DNA of 64,000 nt from the NCBI GenBank assembly GCA_963724765.1, contig CAVRVY010000004.1, forward strand, positions 320,001 through 384,000. Reading direction: 5' to 3'. The DNA comes from an uncultured delta proteobacterium. GTDB taxonomy: Bacteria > Desulfobacterota > Binatia > Binatales > Binataceae. Of this stretch, positions 1 through 9,587 are shown piece after piece (within the stretch, counting starts at the first letter, position 1; each line of letters opens with the position of its first letter). The notes under the pieces were generated by a model that was not told where the DNA came from, did not search any database, and saw only the letters and a list, made by a program, of their open reading frames with translations. Both the position numbers and the translations under genes were made by a program.

Positions 1-2
1 AG

Positions 3-500
3 GCGGCACATCGCGAGCTTTTCGCCTCGACCGGTATCCGCGAGGCCTACCTGGAGCAACTGTTCACCTTCGGCGACCCCTCGCGCGACCCGCGCGCCCA
101 CGTCGTTTCGGTAGCCTACATGGCGCTTATCGCGGACGCGCGAAGCGCGGCGGCGCCGGGCGGCAAGTACCTGGACGGGCGTTGGTTCGAGGTTTCGGCA
201 TTGCCGGCGCTTGCGTATGATCATCAACAGATGGCGCAATACGCGCTCGGAAGGCTCAAGGCGAAACTCGAGTACACCAATATCGCCTGTAACCTGTTGC
301 CTGAGACCTTCACCTTCGCCGAGCTGGAGGCGTTGTACGCGATGATCCTGAAGCGGCCGATTGACCGGCGCAATTTTCGCCGGCGGATTCTCTCGATGGG
401 AATCCTGCGCCGGCTGCCGGCCACGCGCCGCGGCGCCCATCGCCCGGCCGCGCTTTACAGTTTTGTCCGGCGCGACCCACAGGTCGTGGAAATGCTATAG
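3..500 (+). CDS. nrtR: NrtR-family Nudix/wHTH transcriptional regulator (5' end outside window)
   Basis: Frame is open from the window start: AAHRELFASTGI (degenerate Nudix box), LEQLFTFGDPSRDPR, LAYDH, and C-terminal wHTH FTFAELEALY..DRRNFRRRIL..RPAALY. Confidence 0.85.
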   Translation, partial: AAHRELFASTGIREAYLEQLFTFGDPSRDPRAHVVSVAYMALIADARSAAAPGGKYLDGRWFEVSALPALAYDHQQMAQYALGRLKAKLEYTNIACNLLPETFTFAELEALYAMILKRPIDRRNFRRRILSMGILRRLPATRRGAHRPAALYSFVRRDPQVVEML

Positions 501-515
501 TGATGCGAGTAATGG

Positions 516-962
516 GTGAGCATCATGTCCAAGACCAAAAACCCGCTGCCAGACGGCAAGCAGCGAAGCAAACCAAGATGGATCGTCGCGGCCGTGGCCA
601 CGGCGGTGATCCTGTTGGTCGGCGTGGGCGCGTGGACGATGCGCTCGGCGGCTGACCCGGCGGCCGCGACCGCCAAGAGCGAGCGCGTGACACTGGATCC
701 CGCGCGCTTCACGGGGGCGGCGCGTCAGGCCTATGAGGTCGCGGCGAAAAATCCGGCGCTGCTCGCGCAGCTTCATTGCTACTGCGGGTGCGACAAGGAA
801 ATCGGTCATCAGAACCTGCTCGACTGCTATCGCGACGAGCACGGCGGACATTGCCCGATCTGCACCGGCGAAGCGCTCGAGGCTGCCAAGCTGGCGGACG
901 AGGGGTTGCCGGTCGAACAGATCCGCCGCGTTCTACGCGATCATTACGCGCAGGGGAATTGA
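516..962 (+). CDS. Membrane-anchored PCYCGC-motif family protein (HCYCGC variant)
   Basis: N-terminal TM helix; HCYCGC, GHQNLLDCY, HGGHCPIC. Confidence 0.8.
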   Translation: MSIMSKTKNPLPDGKQRSKPRWIVAAVATAVILLVGVGAWTMRSAADPAAATAKSERVTLDPARFTGAARQAYEVAAKNPALLAQLHCYCGCDKEIGHQNLLDCYRDEHGGHCPICTGEALEAAKLADEGLPVEQIRRVLRDHYAQGN

Positions 963-965
963 CGC

Positions 966-1577
966 TTGGCGGGTCTGGTCTCGGTTTACATCCAGCACTT
1001 CACTTACGCTGGATTGCTGGTGGTCCTGATACTGTGCGGGATGGGCCTGCCGATTCCCGAGGACGTGGCGCTGCTCGCGGGCGGTTTCCTGGTCCATCGC
1101 GGAGTCATCCAGTACCCGACGACGCTGGTGGTCGCGCTGGTGGGCGTGGTCGCGGGCGACAACTCGTTGTTTTTCCTGGGCCGGCGTTTCGGAACCGGGC
1201 TGGTCAAGTACCTCGGCATCGGACGGCCCCGCTCGCAACGCCAGATCGATTGGCTCAAGCGTTTCATGCAGCGTTACGGCCATCGGGCGATCTTCTACGC
1301 GCGCTTCGTCGCCGGCCTGCGCGCGCTGGTCTATCTAACGGCCGGATCGTTTGGTGTAAAACCGCTGCGGTTTTTTCTGTACGATTTGGCCGGCGCGGTG
1401 ATCTCGGTGCCGATCGTGGTCACGCTCGGCTATCTCTTCGGCAACGAGATCGAGGTGGTGCTGCATTATATCGGCGGGATCGAAAAACTGGTGTGGCTGG
1501 TGGTGGCGCTCTCGCTCGGCGTTATCGCGATGCGGATGCTGATGTTTACGCGCGAACGGGGGCAAACCCCGACCTAA
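966..1577 (+). CDS. dedA: DedA family membrane protein
   Basis: GLPIPED, GDNSLFFLGRRFG, IFYARFVAGLR motifs. Confidence 0.9.
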   Translation: MAGLVSVYIQHFTYAGLLVVLILCGMGLPIPEDVALLAGGFLVHRGVIQYPTTLVVALVGVVAGDNSLFFLGRRFGTGLVKYLGIGRPRSQRQIDWLKRFMQRYGHRAIFYARFVAGLRALVYLTAGSFGVKPLRFFLYDLAGAVISVPIVVTLGYLFGNEIEVVLHYIGGIEKLVWLVVALSLGVIAMRMLMFTRERGQTPT

Positions 1578-1688
1578 TCCATGCCAGCCGCGCTCGTGCG
1601 CATGCCCGCCTGCTTCTTTCGCCCAGGCGTTGCCGTGCACCGGCGGACTTGAAAATTATCGATCACCGATCCTCTGTCTACCAGGGAA

Positions 1689-3152
1689 ATGAGACTTCCG
1701 GCGCTTAATCTTAAAGCCAAGCTGATGGCACTGATGGTGGTGCTGCTGGGGTTGACGCTCGGCGCCGAGCTGATGGTCAGCCTCAACACCCAAAACCGCA
1801 TCGTGGAGGCGACCCAGGACAACGTCAAGGAACTCGCAAGCGCGATCCAGATCAGCGTGCAGGAGCTGACCTCGGTCGGCACGTTCGATCGCGATCGCCT
1901 GCAAAACTACGTCAACTCGCTGCACAACAACGGACTCGAAGTCTCGATTGCCTCGAGCAAGGACCTGATCATCAACAGCTCCAACCCGGCGCTGATCGGC
2001 GAGGCGATCAACCGCGGCGCGGTCCACGTCGTGGCGGCGCAAAACGCAACGCGCGGCGGCGACCCGCTCTCAGTGCCGGCCTTCACCGTCGGCCCGGCCG
2101 GCGAGCAGACCGTCTACCTGATCCCGGTCGAAGTTGAAGACCACCTGCTCGGCTACGTCCAGGTGGTGGCTGACTTCGCAGATTTTGCGCGGCCGCTGGA
2201 GGAGCATCGCATCCACCTGTTGACGGTGGCCCTGGCGATCTTCGCGATCGGGCTGGTGTTCTCCTACGTGCTGGCCGATCGCTACGTCGAACCGATCCAC
2301 GCGGTCGCCGCCGCCGCACAGAACATCGCCGCGCGCGGCCTCGAACCGGTGCCAGAGGCGCACCGGCGCGACGAGATCGGGCTGCTCACGCGCAGCTTCA
2401 ACGAGATGGTCGACCAGTTGCGCCGCGCGCGCGAGCGCGAGGCCGAACTCAACCGGCTGGAGCGTTTCACCGCGCTCGGCCAGCTCGCCGGCGCGTTGGC
2501 GCACGAGATCAAGAATCCGCTGAATTTCATCAGCCTCGCGATCGACCAGCTACGCGCCCGCTACGCGCCGCAACTGCAAAACGACCAGGATAATTATCGC
2601 CGCCAGCTGGCAATCATGAAGGACGAGGTCCATCGCCTCTCCGAGCTGATCCAGAGCTTCCTCAACTACGGCCGCCCGATCGAGATCCATCCCGCACCCA
2701 CCGACGTGCGCGCACTGGTCGACAACGTGCTGGAGCTCTCGGACTCCAAGCTGCGCAGCCAATCGATTCACGCACTCAAGCGAGGCGCCGAGGCGCCCGT
2801 GGTACTCAACGTCGACGCGGAGAAGCTTCATGCCTGTTTCATCAACGTAGTGGCGAACGCGATTCAGGCGATGCCCGAGGGCGGAGAACTCAGCGTCGCG
2901 TTCAAGCGCGACAGCGACAACGAGGTGATAACCTTCTCTGACACTGGCGCGGGCATCGACCCCGAAGTCGCCAGCCACGTCTTCGAGCCGTTCTTCACCA
3001 CCAAGCGCGAAGGTATCGGCCTCGGCCTGTTCTTCTCGCGTGCGATCGTCGAGCGCCACGGCGGCACGATCACGATCGGCTCCAACCCGGCCGGACGCGG
3101 CACCACGGTGACTTTCATCCTGCCGCTCGGCGCACTAGGTAGACATACATGA
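1689..3152 (+). CDS. Sensor histidine kinase (2 TM, HAMP, HisKA, HATPase)
   Basis: DEIGLLTRSFNEM HAMP, LAHEIKNPL H-box, NAIQAM, DTGAGI, FEPFFTTK, GLGL. Confidence 0.95.
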   Translation: MRLPALNLKAKLMALMVVLLGLTLGAELMVSLNTQNRIVEATQDNVKELASAIQISVQELTSVGTFDRDRLQNYVNSLHNNGLEVSIASSKDLIINSSNPALIGEAINRGAVHVVAAQNATRGGDPLSVPAFTVGPAGEQTVYLIPVEVEDHLLGYVQVVADFADFARPLEEHRIHLLTVALAIFAIGLVFSYVLADRYVEPIHAVAAAAQNIAARGLEPVPEAHRRDEIGLLTRSFNEMVDQLRRAREREAELNRLERFTALGQLAGALAHEIKNPLNFISLAIDQLRARYAPQLQNDQDNYRRQLAIMKDEVHRLSELIQSFLNYGRPIEIHPAPTDVRALVDNVLELSDSKLRSQSIHALKRGAEAPVVLNVDAEKLHACFINVVANAIQAMPEGGELSVAFKRDSDNEVITFSDTGAGIDPEVASHVFEPFFTTKREGIGLGLFFSRAIVERHGGTITIGSNPAGRGTTVTFILPLGALGRHT

Positions 3153-4570
3153 GCCAACCGTCGGTACTGGTGGTCGAGGACAACGACCTGGAGCGGCAAG
3201 TAACCGTCGAGACGCTGCGCGAGGAAGGCTTCCTGGTCGACGAAGCGCCCAATGGCAAGCGCGCGATGGAGCAGCTCGCGCTGGGCAGCTTCGACGTCGT
3301 GCTGACGGACCTGATGATGCCCGGGATGACCGGCGAGGAGTTGCTCGCCGCCGTGCGCCAGGCCTATCCGGGCAGCCAGGTCGTGCTGCTGACCGCGCAC
3401 GGCACTATCGAGAGCGCGGTCAAGGCGACCAAGAGCGGCGCCTTCGAATATCTGACCAAACCGACCGACCGTGAGAAGCTGGTGATGACGGTCGGCAAGG
3501 CGGCCGAGTTCGCGAGCCTCACGCAGGAGAACATCCTGTTGCGCACGCGGCTTGAAGGCAAATTCCAGGTCGAGGGCATCATCGGGCAGCATCCCGCGAT
3601 CGAGGACGTCATCCGCGTGGTGCGCAAGGTCGCGCCATCGTATTCGACGGTGCTGATCCAGGGCGAGAGCGGCACCGGCAAGGAGGTCATCGCGCGCGCA
3701 ATCCACAAGCTGTCGCCGCGCGGGACACGCCCCTTTGTGGCGATCAACTGCTCGGCGATTCCCGACAGCCTGATCGAAAACGAACTGTTCGGCCACGAGC
3801 GCGGAGCCTTTACCGGAGCCAACGAGCGCAAGATCGGGCTCATCGAAAGCGCCGACAAGTCGACGCTCTTCCTCGACGAGATCGCCGACCTCAACATCGG
3901 CCTGCAGGCCAAAATTCTGCGCGTGCTTCAGGAGCGCGAGTTGCGTCGCGTGGGCAGCAACGAATCCATCCGGGTCGACGTGCGCCTGGTCGCCGCCACC
4001 AACCGCGACCTGTCCGAAGAGGTCGCCCAGGGGCGCTTTCGCGAGGACCTCTACTACCGCATCAACGTCGTCACCATCACCCTGCCGCCGCTGCGCGATC
4101 GCCGCTCGGACATCCCGTTGCTGGCGGAAAACGCGCTCAAGAACCGTTTCGCCCACCTCGCGCAGAACCGGGTCAAGGAGATCAGCCGCGAGGCGATGGA
4201 GGTGCTGCTCGACTATTCGTGGCCGGGCAACGTGCGCCAGCTCGAATCAGCGATCGAACGCGCCCTGCTCCTGTGCGAGGGCGAGCGCATCATGCCCAAG
4301 GACCTGCCGCAGGAAGTCCTGGCGCGCAAGATGCCCGCCCGCGCCGCCGAGCGCGCGCGCGTAGAGCGCTTCGAGATGCCCGCCGAGGGAATCAATTTCG
4401 AGAATCTCGAGCGCGACCTTATTCTGCAAGCGATGGAACGCGCGGAGTGGGTGATCGCCAAGGCGGCCAAGATGCTCGGCATGAGCTATCGCACGCTGCA
4501 GTACCGGCTGGACAAGTTCGGGATCAAGAAACCCGACGGACGCTCGCAGCCAGCCGACATCAAAGCTTGA
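3149..4570 (+). CDS. NtrC-family sigma54-dependent response regulator
   Basis: Receiver domain (DLMMP), GESGTGKE Walker A, GAFTGA loop, [14 protein letters not shown], Fis-type HTH; ATGA overlap with the kinase. Confidence 0.95.
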   Translation: MSQPSVLVVEDNDLERQVTVETLREEGFLVDEAPNGKRAMEQLALGSFDVVLTDLMMPGMTGEELLAAVRQAYPGSQVVLLTAHGTIESAVKATKSGAFEYLTKPTDREKLVMTVGKAAEFASLTQENILLRTRLEGKFQVEGIIGQHPAIEDVIRVVRKVAPSYSTVLIQGESGTGKEVIARAIHKLSPRGTRPFVAINCSAIPDSLIENELFGHERGAFTGANERKIGLIESADKSTLFLDEIADLNIGLQAKILRVLQERELRRVGSNESIRVDVRLVAATNRDLSEEVAQGRFREDLYYRINVVTITLPPLRDRRSDIPLLAENALKNRFAHLAQNRVKEISREAMEVLLDYSWPGNVRQLESAIERALLLCEGERIMPKDLPQEVLARKMPARAAERARVERFEMPAEGINFENLERDLILQAMERAEWVIAKAAKMLGMSYRTLQYRLDKFGIKKPDGRSQPADIKA

Positions 4571-4584
4571 GTGGCGCGCTGCGC

Positions 4585-4941
4585 TCAGGCCGTGGTCCCG
4601 AGCAGCGCCGGCGTGGGAAGATAAACCCAGCATCGGAGCGCCGCGCCACTTCCAGCGTCCGCTACTTCGATTTTCACCCGCGTATACAGCCGCGGTAATT
4701 CCTCGTAACGATCGAGCACGGCGAAGTCGTGCGCGCCAAGTCCGCTCAGCACGACTCCCGGGGTCTCGGCCCCCGTGCACTCGACGATATAGAAATAGCG
4801 GCCGCGCCGGCGCTCGTAGCCCTTAAGCCGCGCCGGAGTTGCGGCGACCTCGCGCCCTAGCAACGCGGCGCGATGCGCCGGGTCAAGTAGCGAACCGTAG
4901 ACAAACAGGGCTTCATCGCTATCCGCATCCGATGTGCTCAT
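4585..4941 (-). CDS. Gamma-glutamylcyclotransferase (AIG2-like) family protein
   Basis: LFVYGSL, LDRYE, CWVY. Confidence 0.85.
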   Translation of the reverse strand: MSTSDADSDEALFVYGSLLDPAHRAALLGREVAATPARLKGYERRRGRYFYIVECTGAETPGVVLSGLGAHDFAVLDRYEELPRLYTRVKIEVADAGSGAALRCWVYLPTPALLGTTA

Positions 4942-5028
4942 CGCAATCTTCTCCCGCGCGGCGTCGCGACCCGGTTGCCGCGCCCCGCGGCTTCACCTAC
5001 GCTTTCGGCGTTGGGCCGCGGCTAAACG

Positions 5029-5787
5029 ATGGGTCAAGCCTTCAAACGTTTCCTCGAACAACTCGGCGACATCGGTCTGCTGACCCGCGAATGCGTTCGC
5101 CAGGCGCTCAGCCGCCCGTTCGAGGGCGGCCTGCTGATAGATCAGCTCGACAGCGTCGGCGTGCGCTCGCTCAACGTCGTCAATCTTACCGCAATCTTTA
5201 CCGGGATGGTGTTGGCGCTGCAGATGGGGCAGTTCCTCGCCCGCTTCGGCGCCAAGATTTATATCAGCCGCATCATGGGACTGTCGCTGTTTCGCGAGAT
5301 GGGCCCGGTGCTGACCGCGCTGATGATCGGCGCGCGCGTCGGCGCCGGCATCACGGCCGAGCTGGGCAGCATGAAAGTCACCGAGCAGATAGACGCGATG
5401 CGTGCGCTGGCGACCAGTCCAGTCAAAAAACTGGTGGTGCCGCGGGTGCTGGCGACGGTGCTGATGCTGCCGGTGTTGACTGTCATCTCGGACGCGGTCG
5501 GACTGGTCGGCGGGCTGATAATCGCGGTCACCCAGCTCGGAATCGGCGCCGGGTATTTCTTTACCTCGATGATACAAAACACGCGGCTGGGCGATCTGAC
5601 GAGCGGGCTTGGCAAGGCGGTGTTCTTCGGCTACCTCATCTCGATCATCGCGTGCAGCAAGGGACTCGGCGCAAGCGGCGGCGCCGACGGCGTGGGGCGC
5701 GCGACGACCTCAGCGGTGGTGGCGGCATCGATCGGCGTGCTGGTGTCGGATTTCTTTCTGACCAAGCTGTTCATGGCGATCGGATGA
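5029..5787 (+). CDS. mlaE: MlaE-family ABC permease
   Basis: REMGPVLTALMIGARVGAGITAELGSMKVTEQIDAM. Confidence 0.93.
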   Translation: MGQAFKRFLEQLGDIGLLTRECVRQALSRPFEGGLLIDQLDSVGVRSLNVVNLTAIFTGMVLALQMGQFLARFGAKIYISRIMGLSLFREMGPVLTALMIGARVGAGITAELGSMKVTEQIDAMRALATSPVKKLVVPRVLATVLMLPVLTVISDAVGLVGGLIIAVTQLGIGAGYFFTSMIQNTRLGDLTSGLGKAVFFGYLISIIACSKGLGASGGADGVGRATTSAVVAASIGVLVSDFFLTKLFMAIG

Positions 5788-6530
5788 AAGACGAGGCGCG
5801 TCCGTACATCAGCGTGCGCGGGCTGTGCAAGAGCTTCAACGGCAAGCCCATTCTGCAGGGCGTTGACTTCGACGTTCACCAGGGCGAGACGCTGGTGGTG
5901 CTGGGCGGCAGCGGCGAGGGCAAGAGCGTGATTTTGCGCCACTTAAACGGCCTGATCGCGCCCGACCGCGGCGAAGTCTGGATCGACGGGCGCTCGCTCG
6001 ACGGGCTGGATGAAAACCAGCTCTACGACGTGCGTCGGAAGGTGGCGATGGTCTTTCAGCTCGGCGCGCTGTTCGACTCGCAGACGGTATACGGCAACAT
6101 CAGCTACCCGCTGCGCGAGCACGGCGCGCTCACCGAGCCGCAGATCGCCGCGCGCGTCGCCGAGCTGCTTGCGATGGTCGATCTGAAGGGCACCGAGCGG
6201 CTTTTTCCGGCGGAGCTGTCGGGTGGGATGAAGAAGCGGGTCGCGCTGGCGCGAGCGATCGCGCTGGAGCCGCGCGCGGTGCTCTATGACGAACCGACCA
6301 CCGGACTCGATCCGATCGTAACCCTGCACATCAACGAGCTGATCCGCGGCATGCAGCAGCGGCTCGGGTTCACCTCCGTGGTGGTGACGCATGATCTCAA
6401 AAGCGCATTCACGGTGGGCGACCGTTTCGCCCTGCTCGATCATGGGCGCATACGTTTTTCGGGAACCGCGCAAGAAGTGCGCAGTACGCGCGACGAACTG
6501 ATGCAGCAGTTTCTCAAGGCCGCGTTCTGA
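5784..6530 (+). CDS. mlaF: MlaF-family ABC ATPase
   Basis: ATG at 5784 overlaps the mlaE stop; GGSGEGKS, VFQLGALFDS, LSGGMKKRVALARA, YDEPTTGLDP. Confidence 0.93.
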   Translation: MKDEARPYISVRGLCKSFNGKPILQGVDFDVHQGETLVVLGGSGEGKSVILRHLNGLIAPDRGEVWIDGRSLDGLDENQLYDVRRKVAMVFQLGALFDSQTVYGNISYPLREHGALTEPQIAARVAELLAMVDLKGTERLFPAELSGGMKKRVALARAIALEPRAVLYDEPTTGLDPIVTLHINELIRGMQQRLGFTSVVVTHDLKSAFTVGDRFALLDHGRIRFSGTAQEVRSTRDELMQQFLKAAF

Positions 6531-6567
6531 TTCGGGCGCGCGGGCCGTTATCAAGAGGATTTAGACC

Positions 6568-7758
6568 ATGGCGGAACAGAGCAGTCATTCACTGCGCGTG
6601 GGTATCGTGATGGTCGCCGCAATCGCGATCCTGGCGGGCGCGATCTTTTCGATCGGCGGGGGGCTGCGATGGCTCAGCGGCAGCGAGGAGCTGAGAGTGC
6701 ATTTCCAGCGCGTCAACGGCCTCCAGACCGGGGCGCCGGTTTATCTCTCCGGCGTGAACATCGGCTCGGTGGCCTCGATCCGGTTCCCCGATGACCGGCG
6801 CGCCAACTACGTCGTCGTGCGGCTAAGAATCGAGGCCAACGCGGTCGCGCGCGTGCGTACCGACTCGGTCGCAAAAATAGAATCGCTCGGATTGCTGGGC
6901 GACAAATTCCTGCTGCTGACGGCGGGCTCGCCCGATGCGCCCTCGGTACAAGGCAACGCTCTGCTGCTGAGCCAGGACCCGGTTAACTATGCGGCGCTGC
7001 TGCAGGCCCGCGGCACTGGCGACCTGGTGGCCAACGTGCTCGCGATCTCCAACTCGATGCGCCAGTTGCTCGACACGGTCAACCAGGGCAACGGCATCCT
7101 TGCCGAGCTTATCAGAGGCCCCTCCAATCCAAAGGAAAAGACGCTCACCCTGGAGTCGATCAGAGAGACGCTGGACAACCTCCAGACACTGACCGACAAA
7201 CTCGACCTCGCGGTCGATCGCGTCGACCGCGGCCAGGGCGTGATCGGCGCGATGCTCAGTCCCGAGACCAACGGCAAGCGCGTGGTGGCGAACATCGCTA
7301 ACGCGGCGGACTCGATGCGCACGGCCTCGGCAAATCTCGAGGAGACCTCGCTTCAGCTTCACGACCTGGTAGCGCGGATGGACCGCGCCCACGGTCTGCT
7401 GCCGCAGTTGATGGAAGACCAGAAGTACGCGGGCCAGGTGATGCGCGATCTGCACCGCTCTTCGGAGGACATGCGCGAGGTGCTCGACAAGATCAACAGC
7501 CGGCAAGGAACGCTCGGCCTGTTGGTCAACGATCCTGCGCTCTACGACAAAACCACCAACCTGGTGAGCGCGAGTGGATGGGGCTTCTCGCTGTTCAGGG
7601 GCGCCTACAGCCTGACGCATCCGTTCAGCACCACGGCCTCGCCGAGCTATGCGCCCGCGCCACCGTCCGAATCGACTAATTATAGCCCCGCGGTCAACAG
7701 CGCATCATCCGCGGCCGGGCCGAATCCCGCGCCACCGGCCACCTCGCAGCCGAACTGA
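6568..7758 (+). CDS. mlaD: MlaD/MCE-domain protein with long helical region and Pro/Ser/Ala tail
   Basis: N-terminal TM; GLQTGAPVYLSGVNIGSV; GLLGDKF; repeated GxLGxLVND helices. Confidence 0.9.
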   Translation: MAEQSSHSLRVGIVMVAAIAILAGAIFSIGGGLRWLSGSEELRVHFQRVNGLQTGAPVYLSGVNIGSVASIRFPDDRRANYVVVRLRIEANAVARVRTDSVAKIESLGLLGDKFLLLTAGSPDAPSVQGNALLLSQDPVNYAALLQARGTGDLVANVLAISNSMRQLLDTVNQGNGILAELIRGPSNPKEKTLTLESIRETLDNLQTLTDKLDLAVDRVDRGQGVIGAMLSPETNGKRVVANIANAADSMRTASANLEETSLQLHDLVARMDRAHGLLPQLMEDQKYAGQVMRDLHRSSEDMREVLDKINSRQGTLGLLVNDPALYDKTTNLVSASGWGFSLFRGAYSLTHPFSTTASPSYAPAPPSESTNYSPAVNSASSAAGPNPAPPATSQPN

Positions 7759-7761
7759 TGA

Positions 7762-8059
7762 TTAGGGATGCGGCGTGATCGCCACGATCGTGATTGACTC
7801 GGCGCCCGGACCGTTGAACCAGAAGATGCGGTAAGCGGCGCGAGTTTTATTTTCCGCGTAAGCCTCGAAAATTTCCTCGCCGCGCGGGCCGCTGAGAGAT
7901 TGGTATTTGTGCGTATGCAGCGACGGGTGCCGCTGGTTCGTCTGGAGCAGACCGAGCGCCTTTTGGACCGACTTAAGCCGCTTCAAGCCGCGCCGCATCC
8001 TTACCAAGCTCCTGCAAGTCTTTCGCTGCTCGGAGTGTAAACGTGAGCCGGACGTTCAC
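7762..8059 (-). pseudogene. RelE/ParE-like toxin, frameshifted near 7990
   Basis: GTG at 8059 gives MNVRLTFTLRAAKDLQELGKDAA, which then stops; an adjacent frame continues GLKRLKSVQKALGLLQTNQRHPSLHTHKY..EAYAEN..AYRIFW..ITPHP. Confidence 0.7.
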
Positions 8060-8119
8060 GATGCGCCACTTGCACGATACGCAAGGCGCGCACATGCGCG
8101 TCGCCAGCGGAGATTTTCC

Positions 8120-8460
8120 CTAATCGATTTCTTCGTCAGCGTATTTCGCGAACGAGCCGAGGTTGCGGACCTTCACTTCCGCCGCCTCGGCCAGCCCCTC
8201 GCGAACTTTCCGAGCGCGACCGGATTGCGGTAGAGCCACATCTCCCGTACCGGCACCGTGAGCGCGGGGTCGAGCAAGACCTGCCCGTCGGAGTTTACAT
8301 AGACGCGGAAATGCAGATCCTCAAGCGGCGCGCCCAGCTCGCCGAGGCGCTCCTTTAGCGTTCCCAACGCTTTAGCTAGTGAGAGCCGCTTTCGCTCGTC
8401 GATTCCGCCCTCGCCGACGAACTCGAACTCTTCCTTGAGCGCTTTCGCCTTGCGGGACAT
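8120..8460 (-). pseudogene. AbrB-like antitoxin, frameshifted near 8207-8212
   Basis: IDERKRLSL swapped-hairpin-like motif and EMWLYRNPVALG; the -1 frame continues KVREGLAEAAEVKVRNLGSFAKYADEEID* to 8120; lies directly upstream of the toxin. Confidence 0.65.
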
Positions 8461-8532
8461 ATGCAATAAGCGTACACCGACTGGGAGAATGGGTAATGGG
8501 TGTTGCCCACTACCCCCCCACCACCCGCCCAT

Positions 8533-9216
8533 TTATTTCGCCGGCTCCGGCTTCTTCAGCCCCAGGCGCTCGTAGTACTTGGCCGGCACCTTCGAGCGAT
8601 CCTTATAGATGATGAAGTTGCAGTGCTCCTTGCCGAGTTCGTGCGCCGGCTCGACCACCACGAAGGGCGCGCCGTGGGCCTCGATATCCTGGCGCTCCAT
8701 CACCGGCTCGTGCGCGCAGTAGACGGGGAAGCTGTCGCGCCCGTAGGTCAGGAACTGCTTGCCCTTGACCGTCAACAGCGCGTCGGGGCCCTCGTATTTG
8801 CCCTCGAGCACTAAACGGCCGCCGCTCCCGCACGGACGCATCTGGATCACGACCTTCTCGTCGTCCTCCTCGATATGCAGCGGCTGGAGATGGCCGCGCA
8901 GTCCGGCGGCGAACATTTTGACGCGCGCGCGCAGGTCCTGCGGCATCTTGTCCAGGTTAGGTCCCCACCACGCCTTCACCCCCTCGTCCATCGCCTCTTC
9001 GAGCGCCTTGTCGCCGAAGCGCCGGCCGACAAAGCTGAGCGTGGCGGAGGTCCAGTTGCGGTAAAGGTCATGCATGCTGAGAAACTCGTTATACATTCGG
9101 CGCGCGAGTTTCTTGGCGCCCTCGCGGTCGCCGCGATCGATGCTTTCGACCAGGCGGTCGACCGTGAGTTTTTCCATCTCGGCTATTTCGTCGTTGCTGA
9201 GTATCCGCTCGGCCAT
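8533..9216 (-). CDS. Conserved hypothetical protein with PCGSG / CAH / C motifs (V4R or ATC-hydrolase-like fold suspected)
   Basis: GGAGG RBS before ATG 9216; MHDLY, LRGH, MRPCGSGGRL, YCAHE, HCNF. Confidence 0.65.
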   Translation of the reverse strand: MAERILSNDEIAEMEKLTVDRLVESIDRGDREGAKKLARRMYNEFLSMHDLYRNWTSATLSFVGRRFGDKALEEAMDEGVKAWWGPNLDKMPQDLRARVKMFAAGLRGHLQPLHIEEDDEKVVIQMRPCGSGGRLVLEGKYEGPDALLTVKGKQFLTYGRDSFPVYCAHEPVMERQDIEAHGAPFVVVEPAHELGKEHCNFIIYKDRSKVPAKYYERLGLKKPEPAK

Positions 9217-9369
9217 CGCTGCCTCCCGTTGTGCCTCTGTTTTAACTGTTGGCTCCGAACCTAGCGCAATTGCCTCGCGGTGGCGAAGCGCGCAAGGCCG
9301 GCCCCGGAGCCTGTCGGCCGGCATTGGGCGTAGCGCCACCGGATCGGCTGCGTAAATGCGCCCTTTCGG

Positions 9370-9399
9370 TTGGCAAGTGGAAAGCGGCTGCGCTATAGT
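9370..9399 (+). promoter_or_regulatory. Putative sigma70 promoter of the frd operon
   Basis: TTGGCA-N18-TATAGT. Confidence 0.35.
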
Positions 9400-9587
9400 C
9401 CGTCCGTTTGGCCATCTTCGGTGTTTCGCCTCACGCCGGAGGGATGCCCGCGCGAGACGCTGGCCGCGATGCAATCGCGAGCGATGGCGGGGAGATCGCC
9501 TGGATTGAAATCCGGCTTATATGAGTATCTTATTGAGAAGTAGCGGCGCTTATCGTAGGGTGGCGCAGGCCGAGGTCTGAAACAACC

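Noticed and set aside
4839-5783. N-terminal extension of the mlaF ORF
   Set aside because: Arg-rich alternative frame over mlaE; the real start is ATG 5784
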